A stretch of DNA of 33,781 nucleotides from assembly GCA_934162555.1 (NCBI GenBank), contig CAKPJE010000002.1, positions 1-33,781 of the forward strand. The letters run 5' to 3'. The notes under the pieces are model-generated. The model saw only the letters and a program-made list of their open reading frames with translations, had not been told where the DNA came from and did no database searches. Made by a program: the position numbers and the translations under genes. The DNA comes from an uncultured Bacilli bacterium. Its GTDB lineage: Bacteria > Bacillota_I > Bacilli_A > RF39 > UBA660. This document shows, piece after piece, positions 25,588 through 32,710 of the stretch (positions within the stretch are counted from its first letter, which is position 1; every line of letters starts with the position of its first letter).

Positions 25588-27366
25588 ATGAAGAATAGTA
25601 AAAAAATAATTTTAGTTATGGTATCTATAATATGTATAGTAATTTTATTGGTTGGATCAATTGCTTATTATAGGATAGTGGTAAATGGAAGTATAAAGGG
25701 AAGTACTGGTAATGCAGTATTTGTTTTAAGAGATAGCGATAATAGTGTATGGGATAATAAGGTAATAGATTTAGGTAAAATAAATCCTGGAGATAGTGGA
25801 GAGTTTACTGTTACGATGGATGCTAGTGGATCTAGTGTAGATATGTATGCAACATTAGAGATAGAAAGGACAAATTTACCAACTAACTTGAAATTTTATA
25901 CAACATCAGATCATAAGAGTGAATTACACAAGTACTATAGTTTCTTAGAAAATAATGTAACGAATAGTGAAACATTAACTATATATTGGTATTGGAATCC
26001 ATATATAAGTGATGAAGAAGATAATAAATTTATAAATGTATCTAATTTAGAAGCAAATGTTAGGGTAAGTGCAGTACAAATAAGTGAATATGCAATGATG
26101 AAGAATGGTAATGGTGTTACAAGTGATAGTAGATTATATTTTTGGAAAGATACTTATAGACCATATATAAGAACAATAACATTTGGTAATGATTTGAGTA
26201 ATTTACCAAGTAGTTGTACAGAAGAAAACTTATGTTTTGATGTATCAGAAAGTAATAGTAAAAAGAAAGTATATGCTTATTTAATAGATAGTGGATTAAA
26301 AATGAATAATCAATTTACTTTATACAATTTGTATATAGTAAGTGAAGCACCAATATTTGCACCATCTGACTGTTCATTATTCTTTGCGGGATTTAATAGT
26401 TTAGTTAGTATAAATTATAATGATAATTTTAATACATCAAAAGTAACAAATATGAGTTATATGTTTTTACCAATCATATCTGTAGATTGGAGTAATGTTG
26501 TTACTTTAACATCAAGTATTAAAAATGTTAAACCATCATTTTTAAATAATAAAAGGAATGATATTAAAACAGAATTGCTTGCACTACCTCCAAGCGGTGA
26601 TATGATAATCTTTGGAAATTACTACTCCTCACTGACTGAACTAAACCTTAGCTCATTTAATACAAAAAATGTAGTAAATATGAAATATATGTTTACAAAA
26701 AATGATACTCTAATCAGTTTGAATTTAAGTAATTTTAATACAATTAATGTTGAGAATTTAGAGGGGTTATTTTATGAGTGCATAGGTATTAGCAAATTGA
26801 ATTTAAAAAGTTTTAATACATCAAAAACAATGAATATGCAAATGATGTTTTCTGGTTGTCAATCATTAACGAATTTAGGCATAAGTAGTTTTAATACATC
26901 AAATGTAACAAATATGCGTAGGATGTTTGATGGTTGCGAATCCTTAACAAAATTAGATTTAAGTAGTTTTAATACTTTAAAAGTAACAGATATGAGTAGT
27001 ATGTTTTCTGATTGTTCATCCTTAACAAGTCTAGATTTAGGTAATTTTAATACATCGAATGTAACAAATATGAATATGATGTTTGTGGGTTGCGAATCCT
27101 TGACAAATATAGATTTAAGTAATTTTAATACATCGAAAGTAACAGATATGGGTTATATGTTTTCTGACTGTACTAAAATTCAATTAAAAATTACAGTTAT
27201 GAATCCAAATATGACATCTTATGATAGTATATTGGATGGAGAAGCACTTAACGATACAAATGCTTATGCTATAATAAGTTATACAGAGAGTACACAATCT
27301 ATTGCTACAGCTATGAAAAATACTTGTAATAATTCATCTAAAATAACATTGAAACAAATTTCATAA
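25588..27366 (+). CDS. BspA-family / DUF285-type LRR surface protein, paralogue 3, with a TasA-like N-terminal module
   Basis: GGAGGA RBS upstream. Signal/anchor is KKIILVMVSIICIVILLVGSIAYY. One N-terminal module (LGKINPGDSGEFTVTMDASGSS...NLKFYTTSDHKS...TLTIYWYWNPY) aligns with the protein encoded at 15571-16056. The linker YFWKDTYRPYIRTITFGNDLSNLPSSCTEENLCFDVSESNSKKKVYAYLID resembles paralogues 1 and 2. About 9 LRR units of 26 aa follow. Confidence 0.9.
   Translation: MKNSKKIILVMVSIICIVILLVGSIAYYRIVVNGSIKGSTGNAVFVLRDSDNSVWDNKVIDLGKINPGDSGEFTVTMDASGSSVDMYATLEIERTNLPTNLKFYTTSDHKSELHKYYSFLENNVTNSETLTIYWYWNPYISDEEDNKFINVSNLEANVRVSAVQISEYAMMKNGNGVTSDSRLYFWKDTYRPYIRTITFGNDLSNLPSSCTEENLCFDVSESNSKKKVYAYLIDSGLKMNNQFTLYNLYIVSEAPIFAPSDCSLFFAGFNSLVSINYNDNFNTSKVTNMSYMFLPIISVDWSNVVTLTSSIKNVKPSFLNNKRNDIKTELLALPPSGDMIIFGNYYSSLTELNLSSFNTKNVVNMKYMFTKNDTLISLNLSNFNTINVENLEGLFYECIGISKLNLKSFNTSKTMNMQMMFSGCQSLTNLGISSFNTSNVTNMRRMFDGCESLTKLDLSSFNTLKVTDMSSMFSDCSSLTSLDLGNFNTSNVTNMNMMFVGCESLTNIDLSNFNTSKVTDMGYMFSDCTKIQLKITVMNPNMTSYDSILDGEALNDTNAYAIISYTESTQSIATAMKNTCNNSSKITLKQIS
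26408..27185 (+). repeat. Coding DUF285-type LRR array (78-bp period) interrupted by a roughly 50-codon non-repeat insertion
   Basis: Units include LNLSSFNTKNVVNMKYMFTKNDTLIS, LGISSFNTSNVTNMRRMFDGCESLTK and LDLSSFNTLKVTDMSSMFSDCSSLTS. The insertion LPIISVDWSNVVTLTSSIKNVKPSFLNNKRNDIKTELLALPPSGDMIIFGNYY lies at about 26467-26630. Confidence 0.85.
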
Positions 27367-27393
27367 AAAAGAGTTCAGATTTGAACTCTTTTA
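27365..27393. terminator. Bidirectional intrinsic terminator between convergent genes
   Basis: AAAAAA, GAGTTCA (27371-27377), loop GATT, TGAACTC (27382-27388), TTTT. The flanking A and T runs allow it to work on both strands. Confidence 0.7.
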
Positions 27394-29079
27394 ACTTGTT
27401 ATAGTAACAACATAAGTTTTTCCCTGTGTTACCTTAGTACCATTTTTAACACTTGAATTTTCATGAATAAAACCAGCATTATTGTAAGTGTTGCTTGCTT
27501 TGGTAACAAAAGTAAATATAACTCCAGGATATTTTTTATTAAACAAACTCTTTAAATTTTCAATAGTTTTAGAAGCATTATTAATAACTAAATCAGTTTC
27601 ATTTATTTCAATAGTAAACGTTTTAGCAATACCACTACTTAATGAAATCTTAACATAAGTTCCCTCAGCAACCTGTCTTGAAGCATTAATTGTTTGCGTA
27701 ACGCCAATATCTTTATCAGTATTAATAGTATAACCATAATAATTAAATGAACAATTTAAGTTTAATGATCTACATTTACTCTCAATATCAGACTTCTTCA
27801 TTCCTTTAAAATTAGGCATTGTAACAGCTTTACCATTTGATATAGTTAAAGTTATAACATCAGAATCAGAAATAACATCATCTTCATTATGTGAAGACTT
27901 AATTAAACCATTTTTCGGAACAGTATTACTGAAACTATAATTTATATCATATTTAATACCATTATTTGAAGCCCATATTTTAAAATCAGATAAATTAGTA
28001 AATTTGATCATTTTTAAAGAACCCTTACTGGTAGTAATAATAATAGTAGTTCCTTGTTCTATAACATCATTTTCTTTATAGTTAGTATCTATTATTTTAC
28101 CAATCTCATATTCCTTATTATAATCTTCTTTATATTCAACATTCAAATTATTATCAGTTAGCCATTTTGTAATTTCTTCCTTTGACATTCCTTTTAAGTT
28201 AGGAACTATAATACTTTTCCCCTTAGAAACATATATAGTAACACTATCATTTTCATTTAGCTTAGTATTTTCATCAATACTTTGTTTAAAAATTAAATTT
28301 TTATCTATATCATTGTAATTATATTCTATAGTATATTTAATGCCATTCATGTCTAACCATAATTTAGCTTCGAATAATGATTTATTTACTAAATTAGCCA
28401 TTTCTATCTCTTTAAAAGGTGACTTTACAACCTCAACAATTAATTTATCATTTCTCTTAATATTACCGGTTAAAGATTGACTTATTATTTTATTTGGTTC
28501 ATTATCATTAGTAACAAATTTTATTTCAACATTATTAAAATAGTTATTATTTATAAATTTTACTAATTCTTCAATATCTTCACCAACAAAAGAAGGAAGT
28601 GTAATACTTAAATCATAGTTAGGGCCATTAGAAATAATTAATTCTATTTCTTTAATGTTATCTAATGATTCATTTATTAGATTTTGATTTATAACATAAT
28701 ATTTTGGTATATAATCACTATAATCATATTTTTCAATAATATTAATATTATTTTCTTTTGCATAACTTAAAGCTTCAGTTAAAGATTTATTTTGTAAATT
28801 TTGAATATATTTTGTTTCTTTTTTAGTATTACCTGTAGGACGGGCAAATGTATAAGCATTAAAACCAGTTAAACAAATAATAAGCAGTGCAATAAAGTTG
28901 TACATTTTTATTTTTTTACTAGGCATTAGTAGTAAGATTGACATTAAACTAACTAATAAAGCTGTAATAAGTAAATTTAAATTTCCCTTTTGCATATTTA
29001 TTATGATAAATACTAGGAAACTTAAAGTTACAATGATTGCTAAAATTATTAAAATTTTTGATTGTTTTTTATTTTCCAT
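27391..29079 (-). CDS. Membrane protein with multiple extracellular PASTA-like domains and no kinase or transpeptidase domain
   Basis: 562 aa. About 3 N-terminal TM helices are followed by repeated roughly 65-70-aa units that start with a V/MPN(L/F)KGM motif (IVPNLKGMSKEEITKWLTDNNLNVEY...; TMPNFKGMKKSDIESKCRSLNLNCSF...; LPSFVGEDIEELVKFI...; MANLVNKSLFEAKLWLDMNGIKYTIEY...). This pattern is typical of PASTA repeats. There are no Hanks-kinase motifs. Confidence 0.75.
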   Translation of the reverse strand: MENKKQSKILIILAIIVTLSFLVFIIINMQKGNLNLLITALLVSLMSILLLMPSKKIKMYNFIALLIICLTGFNAYTFARPTGNTKKETKYIQNLQNKSLTEALSYAKENNINIIEKYDYSDYIPKYYVINQNLINESLDNIKEIELIISNGPNYDLSITLPSFVGEDIEELVKFINNNYFNNVEIKFVTNDNEPNKIISQSLTGNIKRNDKLIVEVVKSPFKEIEMANLVNKSLFEAKLWLDMNGIKYTIEYNYNDIDKNLIFKQSIDENTKLNENDSVTIYVSKGKSIIVPNLKGMSKEEITKWLTDNNLNVEYKEDYNKEYEIGKIIDTNYKENDVIEQGTTIIITTSKGSLKMIKFTNLSDFKIWASNNGIKYDINYSFSNTVPKNGLIKSSHNEDDVISDSDVITLTISNGKAVTMPNFKGMKKSDIESKCRSLNLNCSFNYYGYTINTDKDIGVTQTINASRQVAEGTYVKISLSSGIAKTFTIEINETDLVINNASKTIENLKSLFNKKYPGVIFTFVTKASNTYNNAGFIHENSSVKNGTKVTQGKTYVVTITS

Positions 29080-29138
29080 AAGATCACCATAACCATTATA
29101 TCATGACTTTGATAAAATAAAAAAATTTTTACTTCAAT

Positions 29139-29167
29139 TTGACATATTTTTATAAATAAAGTATTAT
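29139..29167 (+). promoter_or_regulatory. Candidate promoter TTGACA-17-TATTAT
   Basis: TTGACA at 29139-29144, TATTAT at 29162-29167. GAGGTGA RBS precedes the ATG at 29192. Confidence 0.5.
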
Positions 29168-29191
29168 TTATATAGTGATGAGGTGATAGTT

Positions 29192-30100
29192 ATGTTATAT
29201 GGACCAGGAGGACCAGAACCACATGGTGGTTATGGTCATGAACCACATGGACCACACGGATGTTGTCATGGACCACACGGACCAGGTGGATGGTATGGTA
29301 GACCTTGGGGTCCACCACCAGGACCATGGGGTCCACCACCAGGACCATGGGGTCCACCACCAGGACCATGGGGTCCACCACCAAGATTTTTCTACGGTGC
29401 TGTCAGCAAAAGTAATAAAATTGATTATATGAAGACTATAGATTATGATGGTGAAGGTAAAAAATATTATAGTGCTTGTGCTTGTAAAAATTGTACAGAA
29501 CCATTTGCTGTAGATTATCGTTTAATTAAAAATCTTACATTTATTTGCACTAGTGATTTAGGGTTTAAAAATGGTACATTTTATAGTGATAATAAAATAG
29601 ATGGATACTTTAAATTTGAAATTGTATGTCCATCGTGTGATAAAGCAACACCATTCTTTATAAAAGTACGTAAGTTACCAAAATTTGTTTTAGATTATTA
29701 TTTAAAAGAAACTAAAAGTGTCGAATATACTATTAAATATTCATATGATAACTTCTATGCACCATTTAATGTAACATATGATACATGTGGTACAACAATA
29801 AAAGGATTATATGAAAAAATTAATTCATTACATTTTGATGCAATTGATCATGATGATAAAAAAATACCAACTTCTTTAGAAAAAATGAATGATGCAGTTA
29901 CGAAAGAATATACTAAGAAAAGTGGTAAAAATGTTACTATAAATATGGACTCTGTTCATGAAAATTTAAAAAAAGAAATAGAAGTAAATAAATTAAAATT
30001 GTTAAAATATTTAATTAAAAGTAATGGTTTATTAGGATTTAAGGAATATGTAGGCGCAAGTAATCAAACCAAAAATGAACTTAAATTGCTTTCGAGATAG
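29192..30100 (+). CDS. Hypothetical protein: Gly/Pro/His/Trp-rich low-complexity N-terminus plus a C-terminal domain with two CxxC pairs
   Basis: The ATG at 29192 follows GAGGTGA; the ORF-track GTG at 29183 is less likely. The N-terminus is MLYGPGGPEPHGGYGHEPHGPHGCCHGPHGPGGWYGRPWGPPPGPWGPPPGPWGPPPGPWGPPPRFF. CACKNC and CPSC motifs follow, suggesting a zinc ribbon. I recognise no family. Confidence 0.7.
   Translation: MLYGPGGPEPHGGYGHEPHGPHGCCHGPHGPGGWYGRPWGPPPGPWGPPPGPWGPPPGPWGPPPRFFYGAVSKSNKIDYMKTIDYDGEGKKYYSACACKNCTEPFAVDYRLIKNLTFICTSDLGFKNGTFYSDNKIDGYFKFEIVCPSCDKATPFFIKVRKLPKFVLDYYLKETKSVEYTIKYSYDNFYAPFNVTYDTCGTTIKGLYEKINSLHFDAIDHDDKKIPTSLEKMNDAVTKEYTKKSGKNVTINMDSVHENLKKEIEVNKLKLLKYLIKSNGLLGFKEYVGASNQTKNELKLLSR
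29306..29383 (+). repeat. Perfect 21-bp tandem repeat, 3.7 copies (TGGGGTCCACCACCAGGACCA), in frame (WGPPPGP)
   Basis: Units at 29306-29326, 29327-29347 and 29348-29368 are identical, and a partial fourth unit runs to 29383. Confidence 0.95.
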
Positions 30101-30124
30101 GAATACATTTGTATTCCTATTTTA
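30097..30124 (+). terminator. Intrinsic terminator
   Basis: ATAGGAATAC (30097-30106), loop ATTT, GTATTCCTAT (30111-30120), then TTTTA. Confidence 0.7.
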
Positions 30125-30162
30125 ACTATTAGTTGAAAGTGACATTAATAAATTTACTATGA

Positions 30163-30171
30163 TGTTATAAT
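30163..30171 (+). promoter_or_regulatory. Candidate extended -10 promoter (TGtTATAAT) for the XRE gene
   Basis: TG at 30163-30164, TATAAT at 30166-30171. There is no good -35. AGGAG RBS precedes the ATG at 30210. Confidence 0.4.
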
Positions 30172-30209
30172 CAAATGTGTCGGTATTTATTATGTAGGAG
30201 ATGTAATCA

Positions 30210-30971
30210 ATGAACGATTTTACTAAAAGTGGAGAATTTATAGCCGATTTGCGCAAATCAAAAGGGATGACACAATCTGAACTTGGTGAATTGGTTGGAG
30301 CAGGAGATAAAACAATTTCCAAATGGGAAAGAGGCATAAATGTTCCAGATGTAATTATGTTAAGTAATTTAGCCAAGATTTTTGATGTTAGCATACATGA
30401 AATATTAAACGGAAAAAGAGATGAAAAATTAAATCCTAAAATTGTTAAATTATACGAGAATAAGAAAATAAGATATTCGGTACTTGCTGTATCAATTGTT
30501 TTTCTAATCTCTTTTATAATTTTAGTAATGTATTTTTGTAATAACTTTGATAAATTTAAGATATATAGGTTTGATAGCAAATCTGATGAATATGAATTAA
30601 CAGGTAATATTTTCCAAGTTGGTAGACACTATGTATTAATAATTGATGACTTTGATGTCTATGATAAAGAAAAATATAAAGATTTTGAAATATATGATTA
30701 TAAGGTTAGTGTCGTTTTGGGCAATACTGAAATAATATCATTATCAAGAATTAATCTAAATAACTCTTCAGAAGCAAAAATAACTTTTAAAGAGCTAGCA
30801 GAAAGAATAAATAAAACTAAAATTTTTGTTTCAAAATTTAGTTTAAAAAAGACAGAATTTAAAGGTGCATTAAAAATTGAACTTATTAATGATAAAGAAA
30901 ATGCGATTGAAGAATATAATTTTAATTGTTTTCTAGAATATCGTAACAATCGAATATACTATATAAAATAA
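30210..30971 (+). CDS. Membrane-anchored XRE-family helix-turn-helix protein
   Basis: The N-terminal HTH_3 pattern is FIADLRKSKGMTQSELGELVGAGDKTISKWERGINVPDVIMLSNLAKIFDVSIHEILNG. One TM (YSVLAVSIVFLISFIILVMYF) and a roughly 140-aa extracytoplasmic domain follow. Confidence 0.8.
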   Translation: MNDFTKSGEFIADLRKSKGMTQSELGELVGAGDKTISKWERGINVPDVIMLSNLAKIFDVSIHEILNGKRDEKLNPKIVKLYENKKIRYSVLAVSIVFLISFIILVMYFCNNFDKFKIYRFDSKSDEYELTGNIFQVGRHYVLIIDDFDVYDKEKYKDFEIYDYKVSVVLGNTEIISLSRINLNNSSEAKITFKELAERINKTKIFVSKFSLKKTEFKGALKIELINDKENAIEEYNFNCFLEYRNNRIYYIK

Positions 30972-30972
30972 G

Positions 30973-31004
30973 GGAAGGAGCTTGTCGCTCCTTCCTTTCG
31001 CTTT
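30973..31004 (+). terminator. Intrinsic terminator
   Basis: GGAAGGAGC (30973-30981), loop TTGTC, GCTCCTTCC (30987-30995), then TTTCGCTTTT. Confidence 0.7.
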
Positions 31005-31033
31005 TAAATCTACCTCATTCGCTTCAAAAGAGG

Positions 31034-31063
31034 TGGACTATTTTAGACAAAAATTGCTATAAT
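31034..31063 (+). promoter_or_regulatory. Candidate promoter TGGACT-18-(TGc)TATAAT
   Basis: TG at 31055-31056, TATAAT at 31058-31063. AAGGAGG RBS precedes the ATG at 31091. Confidence 0.4.
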
Positions 31064-31090
31064 GGCATCGTAAAAGTAAAGGAGGTATGG

Positions 31091-31921
31091 ATGAAAGAAT
31101 TTAAATTATTTTTACTTATAGCTTTACCACTATTTCTTCTTCCTATAATAGTTCATGCAGATGAAACTTATTATATAGAACATGGTAAAGTTGAAATCAC
31201 AGCAGATGAATATAACAAACTTCTAGGCTTAGGCTTTGAAGAACATGAAATTTATGGCATGAGTGAGCGAGTTTTTAATGAAAACAGAAACTTGACTGGC
31301 GAAGTTATAAATAAGAAAACGCTTGACATGTCAGAATTTCCACAATTGAGTTTAAATCCAGATGAAACAATTGGTGGAGGGGAACTTGTTAATCCAAACA
31401 ACTATGGTTACTGTCAAACAGAATACAAAAAAATGACAGTATATATAATCAGTGTTAATAACGGAGGCTTTTATCGTTATAAGATGACTCTTGAATGGCG
31501 TAAAATGCCATCAACTAGAAGCTGGGACATAATCGCATTAGGCCATGAAACTAATGTTGTACCAGGTATTTCAGCAACATTTGAACAAGAATGGTGCAAG
31601 AGTAGTGGATGCAACAATACATATGAAGGAACTTACTATTCTTATGATAATGCAGAAGTTGTAACATTTAAACTTCCTACTGGTTCACTAACATCAATGA
31701 CTTCATTTTTATACTATCCAGTATTAAGAGTTAATAATAACGAGGTAATAGAAAAAATTACAACTATCGGCGACTATGCACATGCAATAAGTACAGTATC
31801 TACACCACTTAGTCGCAGTGATATAGACTTTTGGGGCGAGATTAGAATACCAGGACATGCAACTAAGTATGACGACATATTGGCTACTGATATCACCCAA
31901 ACAGTGAATTGGGGAGCGTGA
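31091..31921 (+). CDS. Hypothetical secreted protein
   Basis: Strong RBS AAGGAGG. Signal peptide MKEFKLFLLIALPLFLLPIIVHA/DE. 276 aa; I recognise no family. Composition looks less AT-rich than the neighbours. Confidence 0.7.
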   Translation: MKEFKLFLLIALPLFLLPIIVHADETYYIEHGKVEITADEYNKLLGLGFEEHEIYGMSERVFNENRNLTGEVINKKTLDMSEFPQLSLNPDETIGGGELVNPNNYGYCQTEYKKMTVYIISVNNGGFYRYKMTLEWRKMPSTRSWDIIALGHETNVVPGISATFEQEWCKSSGCNNTYEGTYYSYDNAEVVTFKLPTGSLTSMTSFLYYPVLRVNNNEVIEKITTIGDYAHAISTVSTPLSRSDIDFWGEIRIPGHATKYDDILATDITQTVNWGA

Positions 31922-32194
31922 TAACAGAAAAATAGAATTGTGGCAGACTCCACATAAAAATGTCAATGTTTCAGATATTCATATAAAAATATCTACTGTG
32001 ATAGGGGTGTCACAAAAAATATATTTTAATACTAATGACTACATAGTAAACTATGCTTTGTCGAAATTTGTCATGTTTTATCGCAAGATAACACAAACAT
32101 TCACTATAAACAAAAGAACGAAAAAAAATACATAATAAAATACATTACTGTAGGAGGGTATTTCCCTCCTACAAAAATTAGAAAGAGGTTAAAT

Positions 32195-32647
32195 ATGGAC
32201 AATATAATGCCAGACTCATTAATAGGAATACTAGGACTATTAATATGGCTATCATCAAAAATCATATACATATTTTTAGAAATTATAATAATAGAAAACG
32301 TTTTATACAAAAGAAATGAAATAAGAGGATTAAAATTTTGGGAACTATTAAAGAAATCATACCAATTAGATGGTCCAGAAATGAATGCAACAATATTTCA
32401 TACATTCTTAAATGCATTTACATTTTTTGCAACAATCCTAATATGCACAAACTATATAACACCAGAAGCATGTGATTATATATGCAGTCATGTAGGATTT
32501 ATATTATCATTTGATTTAATAATAACAATAACTATATTATTAGTATTAAATTATCTATTGAAGTATAAAATAGTATATAAACTAGAATGTGAGTCATTAA
32601 TGCCAGATGATATTACCTTAGAAAAACTAAAAGAATTTTTAAACTAA
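32195..32647 (+). CDS. Hypothetical membrane protein (about 4 TM)
   Basis: 150 aa with AGAGG RBS. Hydrophobic segments include LIGILGLLIWLSSKIIYIFLEIIII and FILSFDLIITITILLVLNYLL. Confidence 0.55.
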   Translation: MDNIMPDSLIGILGLLIWLSSKIIYIFLEIIIIENVLYKRNEIRGLKFWELLKKSYQLDGPEMNATIFHTFLNAFTFFATILICTNYITPEACDYICSHVGFILSFDLIITITILLVLNYLLKYKIVYKLECESLMPDDITLEKLKEFLN

Positions 32648-32672
32648 GAATTTTAAAATATTCTTTTTTTTT
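32646..32672 (+). terminator. Weak AT-rich candidate terminator
   Basis: AAGAAT (32646-32651) pairs with ATTCTT (32660-32665), followed by a T-run of about 7 nt (32666-32672). Confidence 0.35.
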
Positions 32673-32710
32673 CTCTTTATATAGTGTATAATTAAAAAGA
32701 GGTGAATTAA

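Noticed and set aside
29095-29103. Extended -10 element TGaTATAAT on the minus strand upstream of the PASTA gene.
   Set aside because: It lies only about 6 nt from the GGTGAT RBS, so a transcript would begin inside the RBS. TATAAT-like hexamers are frequent in this AT-rich DNA.
29192-29400. Collagen-like (BclA-type) triple-helix repeat.
   Set aside because: The period is 7 residues (WGPPPGP), not Gly-X-Y triplets. Gly does not recur every third residue.
29190-29432. Alternative-frame and antisense ORFs (64 and 77 aa) across the GC-rich repeat, encoding HQDHGV or VVDPMVL repeats.
   Set aside because: These are by-products of the stop-poor GC-rich repeat. Only the Gly/Pro frame continues into a 300-aa ORF with an RBS and promoter.
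30122-30580. 152-aa minus-strand ORF antisense to the XRE gene.
   Set aside because: It overlaps a plus-strand gene with a clear HTH motif, RBS and promoter, and it would run into the upstream terminator hairpin. It has no motifs of its own.
31938-32310. ORFs of 65 aa (plus strand) and 68 aa (minus strand) in the 31922-32194 spacer.
   Set aside because: They have non-ATG or RBS-less starts and low-complexity, composition-driven sequence. One overlaps the start of the better-supported membrane-protein gene.
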